Below, one piece after another: positions 1 through 7,981 of a stretch of DNA of 64,000 nt. Made by a program: the position numbers and the translations under genes. The notes below the pieces were generated by a model, which had not been told where the DNA came from, did no database searches, and was given only the letters and a program-made list of their open reading frames with translations. Position 1 is the first letter of the stretch. The number at the start of each line of letters is the position of its first letter. Source of the DNA: a candidate division FCPU426 bacterium (GTDB lineage: Bacteria > Oederibacteriota > Muellerivitia > Muellerivitales > Muellerivitaceae); NCBI GenBank assembly GCA_963719085.1, contig CAVRAL010000001.1, forward strand, positions 204,096-268,095. Direction: 5' to 3'.

Positions 1-1521
1 CTGGGTGAAGGCCGGAAGCGGCGAACTGCCGCTAAAAAAAAGCGGTGTGTGCAGGATACAGGGGGTTGTGTAATGTCCGTGGCCGTAATGGCCGTCTTCC
101 CCCAAAAGCTCCCCATGGTCGGCTGTTAGTACCACCAGATAATCCTTCAAATATCCCTTTCGACCCAGGATTCCAAAAAGATTTTTCAAAACGGAGTCGG
201 CTTGCAGAATCCGGTCGTCGTAAAGATTGACGGCGTATTGGGCTTTGAGGGCTGGCGAGGATCCCTTTTCATGGGTTTCGCCGATGGGTTGGTATTGTTG
301 GTATTGGTCGTGGAACCGGCCCGCCTGGTGGACCGACATTAGGTGAAAATAAAAGAAGTGAAATTTTCCGTCGTCCGGTTTTAAGCCCTCTAGCAGCGCG
401 GGAAGGGCTTCGTCGTCGTCAATGCTGTAGCCCGGCGGGAAGGCGGTGCCGTCCAAACAAGTGGATATCTTGTGGCCGTAAGAATTATCGAAGTTATACC
501 AGTGGTGGTCGCCGGACAGGTAAAGAAAATCCTGAAAGCCGTTGTCCGCCAAAAAATCGGCGAGCGTGTAGTTTTGGGAGCTGATTTCAGGAACCGGCTT
601 GGAGGTGAGAATGGACATGATTCCCACCGCGGATTCAGAACCATTGGCCAGGCACCAGCCGATTTTCCGGGTCCGGGTGGAAGTTAAAAAGCTTCCCAAG
701 AAGGGAGTGGTGGACCTCGCGCGGCCGTAGGCGGGCAGTTGGTCGGCCCGCAACGCGTCCACGATAACGAGGATGATGTTGTGGACTTTGGGGATGCGGG
801 GGCGTGTTTCCATTTCCGCTTGTTTGTCCAGAGCGGCCCATCGCAGCCGTTCCGGGTCCATGGGAAATTTTGTTTTTTCCACCGTGAAGAACCCCCGTAT
901 GGGATCCTGGAGCAGGCCGCCGCCCAAGGCTTGCTCAGGGTTGGCCCGGCAAAAAAGCACCAAGCTGGCCGTCCAAACCAAACACAGGATGACAAGCGAC
1001 GTCATTTTTGGAGCCCGGTTCCGGTTGAAATTTTCGAAGCGTTCTTTGACCCACCGGTCTAACGCGGCCGCCCGGGCTTGGTAAAAAGCCACGAAACCGA
1101 TGAAGGAAAAGGCCGCGAGCGATAACGGAATCCAGGGCGATATCGAAAAGTCGCCGGCCACTTGAAAAAAGCGGGATAAGAAACGGCCCACGATCAGGTA
1201 AGTCGGCGTATCGCCCCAGCACCAGTTGCCGACCGCCGCGCTGAGATAAAGTAGGAAAAGAAAATAGAAACTCAACGCGGGGATGAGCGCCGGAATCCCC
1301 CGAACCGGCCAGAGGATGTTATTTTCCAGCGTTTTCCGGACAGCGAGGAATACTAGGAATGTGGCCAGAATCCATAGGGCGAGGATATAAAGGTGGACGA
1401 GGACAAAAGGAAGGCCCGCCCCAAAGCGCAGGAGCGCTAAGCCTATATAGAGGATTCCCCCCAAGGCGGGGGGGATCCAAAGAGAGGCCGGCGGCGGAAG
1501 GGGAAAAAGGGCGTCGCGCAT
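1..1521 (-). CDS. Sulfatase-like (alkaline-phosphatase superfamily) integral membrane hydrolase/transferase of LtaS/EptA/OpgB type. The C-terminus runs off the window.
   Basis: Manual minus-strand translation from ATG at 1521 stays open to position 1 (507 codons). The N-terminus has several hydrophobic segments. Motif NIILVIVDALRADQLPAYGR and the C-terminal VLTADHGELLGEDGHYGHG are typical sulfatase-family metal and catalytic motifs. It is absent from the ORF track because no stop lies inside the window. Confidence 0.8.
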   Translation of the reverse strand, partial: MRDALFPLPPPASLWIPPALGGILYIGLALLRFGAGLPFVLVHLYILALWILATFLVFLAVRKTLENNILWPVRGIPALIPALSFYFLFLLYLSAAVGNWCWGDTPTYLIVGRFLSRFFQVAGDFSISPWIPLSLAAFSFIGFVAFYQARAAALDRWVKERFENFNRNRAPKMTSLVILCLVWTASLVLFCRANPEQALGGGLLQDPIRGFFTVEKTKFPMDPERLRWAALDKQAEMETRPRIPKVHNIILVIVDALRADQLPAYGRARSTTPFLGSFLTSTRTRKIGWCLANGSESAVGIMSILTSKPVPEISSQNYTLADFLADNGFQDFLYLSGDHHWYNFDNSYGHKISTCLDGTAFPPGYSIDDDEALPALLEGLKPDDGKFHFFYFHLMSVHQAGRFHDQYQQYQPIGETHEKGSSPALKAQYAVNLYDDRILQADSVLKNLFGILGRKGYLKDYLVVLTADHGELLGEDGHYGHGHYTTPCILHTPLFFSGSSPLPAFTQ

Positions 1522-1556
1522 ACCCTTAAATTAACATTCAAGGATGAAAATTTCCT

Positions 1557-2918
1557 TTAGTTTCCGGAGAAGTCAAAGGCGTTCGTCAAATTCACCGCTT
1601 TTTTGTCCCGGTCATTCAAGGGCGTTAAGCCCCAACGGGTCTCAATCAATTTCAAAATTGAAGTGGTGTCATAGACGGTCTTGTCCACGAAGTTTTTCTT
1701 GGCGTAAGGCGAAACCACGATCAAGGGCAGGCGGATGCCCGGGCCCAATGAATCGCGGATAGGCGGGGCCACCTGGTCCCAGCGGCCTCCATGATCGTCA
1801 TAGGTAATCAAGATCGCCGTGTCTTTCCAATAGGGGCTGTCTTGAACGGCCTTCACCAAGCTCAGCACATATTCCTGGCCCGCTTGGATATCCGAATAGC
1901 CCGGATGCTCGTCATTCTCGCCCAAGGCCTTGATCCAGCAAACCGACGGCAAGTTTCCGCTTTTCAAATCGTTCAAAAAGTCTTCCTTATCTTTCAAGTG
2001 CGTGTGATCCACGGAGGTGGGACTGGCGTATTTTTTAAAATAGATGAAGGGTTGGTGATGGTACTCATAATCCTCGTCGGCTTTACCGGCCAAGGCGTCA
2101 TTGAACCCTTCCGCGTACCAAGCCCATGAAATATTTTTATCGCTCAGGCGGTCGCCGATCGTCGGCACATCGGACCCGGGCACCAATTGATCCTTCGGGG
2201 TCTTGGGATCATGCGGAATATTTTCGGTCTGGCAATTGTTGATCACGTCACCCTCGGGGCTGAGGAAGCCGTCCTTGATCAAATTGCCCTTGGCGTCCAA
2301 TTGGGCGCGCAGGGTGGCGGGGGCGCTTTTCCAGGAAATGGTGTCGGCGCAAATCAAATACAAATGATTCAAGAGGGAACCGCCAAAGGCGCCTTGGAAA
2401 TAATGGTCGCAAAGCGTGTATTGGCCGGCCAGCCGGCCTTCAGGTAATTTCGACGCGTCAAAGTAGCTCATGACCAATCCGCCGTTGTCGCTTCCCGAGA
2501 CGAACTTGTCCATCTTGCCGCCATCGATCTGGTTTTGTTCCTGATAATAACGGTGAACCAAATCGCCGGTTTTGTCCGTTGTCTTGATGTAGTTCAAAAG
2601 ATCAAAAGGCTTCACCGGCAGGTTGTCGGGGAAGCGCTTGTCCAAGGTAATAAATTTGGTTTTTTTATCGATGCTTAAAGCCGGTTGGGGCAAAACCGTG
2701 AGGGGTTTTCCTCCGTCGTCCACCTGGTCGAATTTCGCGTCGGGACTTTGGATGCCTTCGGCGCCCGGGAAAGACCCATAGAGTCCGTCAAAGCTCCAGT
2801 TTTCTTGGTAGATCACGATCACATGGTTAATTTTTTGAAGATTTGAATTCTGGGCATAGGCGCTCGAAAGCCCCATAAAAAGACCTAAAATCAGCCCGGC
2901 GGGGGATAAAAACCTCAT
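1557..2918 (-). CDS. Secreted phosphoesterase-family protein (phospholipase C / acid phosphatase AcpA family)
   Basis: 453-aa ORF with an N-terminal signal peptide (MRFLSPAGLILGLFMGLSSAYA). Motif INHVIVIYQENWSFDGLYG and the C-terminal ITYDDHGGRWDQV are characteristic of the phosphoesterase family. Confidence 0.8.
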   Translation of the reverse strand: MRFLSPAGLILGLFMGLSSAYAQNSNLQKINHVIVIYQENWSFDGLYGSFPGAEGIQSPDAKFDQVDDGGKPLTVLPQPALSIDKKTKFITLDKRFPDNLPVKPFDLLNYIKTTDKTGDLVHRYYQEQNQIDGGKMDKFVSGSDNGGLVMSYFDASKLPEGRLAGQYTLCDHYFQGAFGGSLLNHLYLICADTISWKSAPATLRAQLDAKGNLIKDGFLSPEGDVINNCQTENIPHDPKTPKDQLVPGSDVPTIGDRLSDKNISWAWYAEGFNDALAGKADEDYEYHHQPFIYFKKYASPTSVDHTHLKDKEDFLNDLKSGNLPSVCWIKALGENDEHPGYSDIQAGQEYVLSLVKAVQDSPYWKDTAILITYDDHGGRWDQVAPPIRDSLGPGIRLPLIVVSPYAKKNFVDKTVYDTTSILKLIETRWGLTPLNDRDKKAVNLTNAFDFSGN

Positions 2919-3078
2919 TTAACAGCCTCCCAGAAAGCTTTATTTTGAGCCCTTTTTAGGCCCTTTCCGGCTCAAAGCCTAGAGCCGAACCCAGAATTAA
3001 CCTCCTTTTTACAGGATTTGGGAATCTTCCCCACCTGGCTTTAGGCTTAAAAATAGTTGAAATATATAGAAAAAGTCC

Positions 3079-3106
3079 TTGACCTGGCCCAAAAGTTCAA
3101 CATAAT
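3079..3106 (+). promoter_or_regulatory. Sigma70-type promoter of the dcw operon (Pmra-like)
   Basis: -35 TTGACC (3079-3084), 16-nt spacer, -10 CATAAT (3101-3106). It lies about 75 nt upstream of the mraZ ATG. Confidence 0.6.
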
Positions 3107-3114
3107 GGCGGCAA

Positions 3115-3140
3115 GTGGGGAAAAGTGGTTTAAAGTGGGT
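3115..3140 (+). promoter_or_regulatory. MraZ operator: three direct GTGGG-type boxes at exact 10-nt phasing
   Basis: GTGGGG (3115-3120), GTGGTT (3125-3130) and GTGGGT (3135-3140), each preceded by AA and followed by an A/T spacer. They start just downstream of the -10 element. This matches the published MraZ-box arrangement of direct GTGGG/TGGGN repeats with 10-nt periodicity over the mraZ transcription start. Confidence 0.7.
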
Positions 3141-3181
3141 AAAACTACCGAAAACCCTTATTTTTCAAGGTTAAGGGCGCC

Positions 3182-3640
3182 ATGTTTCGAGGGATCTTTC
3201 ACAACCATTTAGATGAAAAGGGACGGCTCAATATTCCCGCCCGTTTGCGGGAGCAGATTAAGTCCGATCACGAAATGCCTTTGGTTTTGACCTTGGGATT
3301 TGACCAATCCTTGTTTTTGTACCCGATGGACGCGTGGAAAAAAATCGAGGACCAATTGTCCTCGCTCAACAGCCTCAGCCCGGAAGTCCGGCAGTTTCAG
3401 CGGATGATCTTGGGCAACAGCGATGAAGTGGAATTGGACCAGCAAGGACGCATCATCATCTCGCCGATCCTCCGCAAGGAAGCGGGGCTCTCGAAGAACG
3501 TGGTGATCGCGGGGATGCTGCACCGCATCGAGATTTGGGATAAAGAAAAGTACGAGACTTATCACGCTCAAAGTTCGCAGTCGTTGGAGCTCTTGGGCCA
3601 GAAGCTTTCGGATAAAGGGATTCAGTCGTTAACTCTGTAG
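3182..3640 (+). CDS. mraZ: Transcriptional regulator MraZ
   Basis: 152-aa ORF. The N-terminus MFRGIFHNHLDEKGRLNIPARLR and a second DxxGRI repeat (LDQQGRIIISPILR) are the duplicated SpoVT-AbrB-like MraZ signature. It is the first gene of the dcw cluster. Confidence 0.95.
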   Translation: MFRGIFHNHLDEKGRLNIPARLREQIKSDHEMPLVLTLGFDQSLFLYPMDAWKKIEDQLSSLNSLSPEVRQFQRMILGNSDEVELDQQGRIIISPILRKEAGLSKNVVIAGMLHRIEIWDKEKYETYHAQSSQSLELLGQKLSDKGIQSLTL

Positions 3641-3751
3641 CGGGGTGTTGAAAAAGTTGGGACGAAAAACTTTTTCGGTTGAGTAAACCCTGGGGCTGCT
3701 AGACAGGTTTTTGAAAATTTTTTAGAGCAACCCGCGGATCGGGAGTGACGA

Positions 3752-4105
3752 ATGGAAATCGGAATAGAAGTTAAGGAGAAATTTTCGCTCCTTTCCATCG
3801 TCGGGGATATGGATGACGACGATTTAGAAAAGTTGGAACAATCGATCGAGACGTTGATGGGGAAGGGCTACCGCCGGGTGGTCCTGGATTTGACTCAGGT
3901 CTCAACGATGAGCGCCAATGGGTTGGGGACCCTGGCTCGTCTTTGGAGTCGGATTCGCTTCAAGAGGGGGGACCTGAAGATCGTGGGGCTCAACAGCCGG
4001 CTCAAATATTTGTTCCGGTCGATGGGGGCCGAAGGAATGTTTGAGACTTACCGCGATGTTCGGGAAATGATGGAAAAGACCGGCCGCTTGCCGGTTGTCG
4101 CGTAA
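3752..4105 (+). CDS. STAS-domain protein (anti-sigma-factor-antagonist / SpoIIAA-like)
   Basis: 117-aa ORF. LDLTQVSTMSANGLGTLARL fits the STAS pattern LDLSxVxxIDSxGLxxL, with a Ser at the phosphorylatable position. Confidence 0.7.
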   Translation: MEIGIEVKEKFSLLSIVGDMDDDDLEKLEQSIETLMGKGYRRVVLDLTQVSTMSANGLGTLARLWSRIRFKRGDLKIVGLNSRLKYLFRSMGAEGMFETYRDVREMMEKTGRLPVVA

Positions 4106-4126
4106 AAGAATTGGGGAGATATACCG

Positions 4127-4462
4127 ATGCCGGTTACAGCCAAAGCGGAAACCGTTACCGTGGTTCGTTTAGGTGGCGAATTGAGCCAGGACGAGGTGAC
4201 GTCACTGCTCCGGGTTCTTACCGACTTGGTGCTGTCCAACAAAACAAAGGTGGTGCTGAATTTCCGAAAGGTGACCCACATGTCCCTGAACGGCATCGCC
4301 AAGCTGGTCGAGAAAAGCCTTCGCTTTAGGGCGCTGAACGGTGAGATCAAAATCGCCGGCATGGCCCCTTACGTCACCAACCTTTTCAACCTAGTGGGTG
4401 CCTCTTCCCAATTCGACATCGTGTCGAGCGAAGAAGAAGCCATTGCCCGCTTTGAAAGCTGA
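4127..4462 (+). CDS. STAS-domain protein (anti-sigma-factor-antagonist-like), second copy
   Basis: 111-aa ORF. VVLNFRKVTHMSLNGIAKLVE followed by LNGEIKIAGMAPYVTNLFNLVG matches the STAS core. It sits directly after the first STAS gene. Confidence 0.65.
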   Translation: MPVTAKAETVTVVRLGGELSQDEVTSLLRVLTDLVLSNKTKVVLNFRKVTHMSLNGIAKLVEKSLRFRALNGEIKIAGMAPYVTNLFNLVGASSQFDIVSSEEEAIARFES

Positions 4463-5405
4463 CCCTTCTCACCAACCGGTCCTTTTGGCCGAAACGGTGG
4501 AATGGTTGTCTCCTCCCGAGAATGGGACCGTCTTGGACGGAACCTTCGGGTTGGGAGGCCACGCGGCTGAGTTATTGAAACATTTGACCCACGGCCGTTA
4601 CGTGGGGTTGGACCAGGATGCCGATGCCCTTCAACACGCTGGCCGAGCACTGAAAGACGACCCCCGGGTCATCCTTCGTCAGGCTAACTTCGCCGACCTC
4701 CTGGATGTGCTGACAAACCTTGGGATCTCAGAGGTGGACAGCGTGTTGATGGATATTGGCGTATCCTCATTACAATTGGATTCGGCTTCGCGCGGTTTTT
4801 CATTCCAGCAATCAGGCCCGCTGGACATGCGCATGGACCAATCCGCCCCCCTTTCGGCTTCCAACGTCGTCAATGAATATTCCGAGGAAAAACTGTCCCA
4901 AATCTTTTGGGAATACGGCGAAGACCGCAAGGCCCGGGCCTTGGCCCGGGCCATCGTGAAGGCGCGCGAGCAAAAGCCCTTTGAAACCACCGATGAGCTG
5001 GCCGCTTTGGCCAAACGGGTCAATTACCAACCGGCCAGCAAGGGCGCCCAAAAACACCCGGCCACCCGGATTTTCCAGGCCATCCGTATGGAAGTGAACC
5101 AAGAGCTTCAGGTTTTGGAAAGGGGCCTGAAGGCCGCGCTTCAAGTCTTGAAGCCAGGCGGCCGCGTGGCCGTCATCACTTTTCATTCCTTGGAAGACCG
5201 GATCGTCAAACAATTCTTCAAAAAAGAAAGCGTTGATTGTATCTGCCCTCCCGAGATTCCTTTCTGCCAATGCGACCACAAGGCTTCCCTTGAAATACTG
5301 ACCCGCAAACCCGTCACGGCCTCCGAAGCCGAGACGGAGCGAAATCCCCGCTCCCGCAGCGCCAAGCTTCGGGTGGCCGAGAAATTGGCCGGAGGGCGCG
5401 TTTAA
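4398..5405 (+). CDS. rsmH: 16S rRNA (cytosine1402-N4)-methyltransferase RsmH (MraW)
   Basis: HQPVLLAETVEWL, DGTFGLGGH (SAM-binding) and ITFHSLEDRIVK are RsmH hallmarks. The start is uncertain. ATG 4398 overlaps the STAS gene by 65 nt. TTG 4452 would overlap by 11 nt and still precedes the conserved His. Confidence 0.9.
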   Translation: MPLPNSTSCRAKKKPLPALKADPSHQPVLLAETVEWLSPPENGTVLDGTFGLGGHAAELLKHLTHGRYVGLDQDADALQHAGRALKDDPRVILRQANFADLLDVLTNLGISEVDSVLMDIGVSSLQLDSASRGFSFQQSGPLDMRMDQSAPLSASNVVNEYSEEKLSQIFWEYGEDRKARALARAIVKAREQKPFETTDELAALAKRVNYQPASKGAQKHPATRIFQAIRMEVNQELQVLERGLKAALQVLKPGGRVAVITFHSLEDRIVKQFFKKESVDCICPPEIPFCQCDHKASLEILTRKPVTASEAETERNPRSRSAKLRVAEKLAGGRV

Positions 5406-5840
5406 ATGAGCCCAGCGCCCACCTTTAAAGAACAAGTGGTCAGCACCGCCAATGACGTGGTGGACGCCAGCCTTTTTTGGCGGGGCAACCTGGCCAAGGC
5501 GGTCCAACGCCGGGATTTTAAAGGGACCATTTGGGGTGTTCTGGCCCTGACCTTTTTTCTTTTTATCTACGTCTGGCAGCACATGCAGGTGATCAAGCTC
5601 GGCTATGAGGTTCAGGCGCTGAAGTCCCAAAAAGAGGAATTGAGCAACCAATATTATTACCTTCAATACAAACTCCATGACGTGGACAGCCTGGCCCGGG
5701 TGGAAACGCTGGCCCAGTCCCAATTGGGCATGACCACACCCCGCTCGGATCAAGTGGTCATCCTGAAGGACGAGGATTCCTCGGCCCCGCATTGGTTGAC
5801 GGTGTGGATCAACGCGGTCAAGGGGCTGGGGTCCAAATGA
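5406..5840 (+). CDS. ftsL: Cell division protein FtsL-like (single TM plus coiled coil)
   Basis: 144-aa ORF in the canonical position between rsmH and ftsI. It has one TM segment (IWGVLALTFFLFIYVW) followed by a heptad-rich segment (LKSQKEELSNQYYYLQYKL). Confidence 0.7.
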   Translation: MSPAPTFKEQVVSTANDVVDASLFWRGNLAKAVQRRDFKGTIWGVLALTFFLFIYVWQHMQVIKLGYEVQALKSQKEELSNQYYYLQYKLHDVDSLARVETLAQSQLGMTTPRSDQVVILKDEDSSAPHWLTVWINAVKGLGSK

Positions 5841-7981
5841 GTGCTTTTCAAACCATGACCCAGTCCGAAAAAAGGCTTTTTGGCGTCAAGCTCGTCATTC
5901 TTTTTTGCGCCCTCCTGGTGGAAGGCCGGTTGGTTTACCTGCAGGTCATCAAGCACGGCGAGTTCCGCGAGATGTCCGACCGGCAACAGTTCACCCCGCG
6001 GGATGTGCAGGCTTCCCGGGGATTGATTGAGGACCGCAATGAAAGCCCCTTGGCCGTGAATGTCGATCTTTTCAACGTCTGCGCCCATCCGGACCTCATT
6101 ACGGACAAAGCGGGAACCGCGCGGGTGCTTTCCCAGTGCCTGGGGATGCCTTATGGGGAGATCGCCGCCAAGTTGTCCCAGGATAAATCTTTCGTTTGGC
6201 TGGCCCGACAAGTGCCTTATGAGCGCTCCACCGCGGTGGAAAGCTTGAAGCTCCAAGGGGTCGAGGCTTTCCGGGAACAGCGCCGTTTTTATCCCGACCA
6301 CGATATGGCGTCCCACGTGGTGGGATTCGCCGGGATCGACAACCAGGGTTTGGACGGCTTGGAGCGCCTTTATGACACCTCGCTCAAGGGAAAAATCGGG
6401 AAGGTCGTGGCCGAGCGCGACGCGCGGGGACGGGTCGTGATCGAGGACAGCAAAAAAATCGCCGCCGGAACCGACGGGCTCAATATCGTCACCACCTTGG
6501 ATAAAACCATCCAGCACATCGCCCAAGTGGAACTGGAAAAAGCTTTCATCAAGTACAAGTGCAAAGCCGCCTCGATCATCGTCATGGACCCGCATACGGG
6601 CCAGCTTTTGGCCGTGGCCAATTACCCGAACTTCGACCCGAATGATTTTAAAAGCTATGGCAAGGAAATTTGGAGCGACCGGGCCGTGTGCGACTCGTTT
6701 GAGCCGGGCAGTACCTTCAAGTTGGTGACCATGGCGGGCGCCTTGGAAGAGGGCGTGGTGAACGAGGATGACAAATTTTTCTGCGAGAACGGGCATTTCC
6801 TCACCGACTACGGCCGGATCGTGACCGACCACGAGAAATTCGGATGGCTGACAGTCCGCGAGATATTCGGCTATTCCAGCAACATCGGCACCACCAAAGT
6901 GGCCATGAAGCTGGGCAAGGATAAACTTTACGCTTACGCCAAACGTTTTGGTTTCGGCGATTTGAGCGGGGTGGACCTGCCCGGCGAGGCCACCGGGACG
7001 CTGCGGCCCGTGGATAAGTGGAGCGGAACTTCCATCACCACGATCCCTTATGGTTACGAGGTTTCCACCACGCCCATCCAAATTCTCGACGCTTACGCGG
7101 CCATCGCCAACGACGGCGTTTTGATGAAGCCCTATATCGTCCAGCGGATGGAAACCATCGACGGCCGGACGGTGAAAGAATTCGGACCCAAGAAGGTGCG
7201 CCGGGTTTGCTCGGATAAAACCGCCAAGCGCATGACCGACATGATGCGATGGGTGGTGCAAAACGGAACGGGCACCGCCGTGGCCCTGCCCAACTACGAC
7301 ATCGCGGGCAAAACGGGGACCGCCTACAAGTTTGTGGGCAAACAATATTCCAAATACAGCTATGTGTCGTCTTTCGTGGGCTTTGTCCCGGCTGAAAACC
7401 CCAAATTCGCCATCTATGTCTCGCTGGACGATCCCCGGGGTATTTACTGGGGCGGCTATACGGCGGGTCCGGTGTTTAAAGAAGTGGCGAAGCGGGCCAT
7501 GGCTTATGACTTGATCCCGCCCTCGGGGGTGGACGCTCCCGCGGTGGCCGCAGCGCCGATCTCCAAAACCATGCCTTCGTTCGCGGGCCTGACTCCGGCC
7601 CAATGCCAATGGCTGGCGCAGGAGGCCGGTCTGAAATTACGGTTTTCGGGCAAGGGTGAAAGGGTGACGGATCAGTCGCTCAAGGCGGGCGTGAGCTTTT
7701 CCGATCCCGCTCAAGAAAAGCTGGTCCTGACCTTGGGCGTCCCCGCGAACGCCGCGGCCCCGCAAGGCAACGGCGTGATGCCCGACCTTCGTGGAAAAAC
7801 CAAGCGGCAGGCTTTGGCCTTGGTGGCGCCCTTGGGAATCACGGTGAACTTCCGGGGCCAAGGAATTGTCCAGAATCAGTTCCCGCTTCCGGGCCAATCC
7901 GTGGGCGCCGCCGGCCTTTGCGAGCTTAATTGCGACTTGCCGATGGCCGACTCCCAGGTTTCCGCGGGAGGCCATTCGTGA
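5837..7981 (+). CDS. ftsI: Peptidoglycan D,D-transpeptidase FtsI (class B PBP) with C-terminal PASTA repeats
   Basis: Transpeptidase motifs are STFK (FEPGSTFKLV), SSN (GYSSNIG) and KTGT (AGKTGTAYK). ATG 5837 overlaps the ftsL stop (ATGA). The upstream part of the 5792 ORF is probably spurious. The C-terminal roughly 140 aa look like two PASTA units. Confidence 0.9.
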   Translation: MSAFQTMTQSEKRLFGVKLVILFCALLVEGRLVYLQVIKHGEFREMSDRQQFTPRDVQASRGLIEDRNESPLAVNVDLFNVCAHPDLITDKAGTARVLSQCLGMPYGEIAAKLSQDKSFVWLARQVPYERSTAVESLKLQGVEAFREQRRFYPDHDMASHVVGFAGIDNQGLDGLERLYDTSLKGKIGKVVAERDARGRVVIEDSKKIAAGTDGLNIVTTLDKTIQHIAQVELEKAFIKYKCKAASIIVMDPHTGQLLAVANYPNFDPNDFKSYGKEIWSDRAVCDSFEPGSTFKLVTMAGALEEGVVNEDDKFFCENGHFLTDYGRIVTDHEKFGWLTVREIFGYSSNIGTTKVAMKLGKDKLYAYAKRFGFGDLSGVDLPGEATGTLRPVDKWSGTSITTIPYGYEVSTTPIQILDAYAAIANDGVLMKPYIVQRMETIDGRTVKEFGPKKVRRVCSDKTAKRMTDMMRWVVQNGTGTAVALPNYDIAGKTGTAYKFVGKQYSKYSYVSSFVGFVPAENPKFAIYVSLDDPRGIYWGGYTAGPVFKEVAKRAMAYDLIPPSGVDAPAVAAAPISKTMPSFAGLTPAQCQWLAQEAGLKLRFSGKGERVTDQSLKAGVSFSDPAQEKLVLTLGVPANAAAPQGNGVMPDLRGKTKRQALALVAPLGITVNFRGQGIVQNQFPLPGQSVGAAGLCELNCDLPMADSQVSAGGHS

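Noticed and set aside
5750-7609. Very long antisense ORFs opposite well-supported genes. Examples: 5750-7609 (opposite ftsI), 4812-5792, 11479-12468, 14170-15420 (ftsW), 16483-17721 (murC), 22730-23926 (ftsZ), 44132-45553 (rel) and 49949-51385 (guaA).
   Set aside because: Each lies antisense to a gene with unmistakable family motifs. Their translations are Gly/Arg/His/Pro-rich low-complexity strings with no recognisable motif. Such shadow ORFs are expected from the codon bias of a GC-leaning genome.
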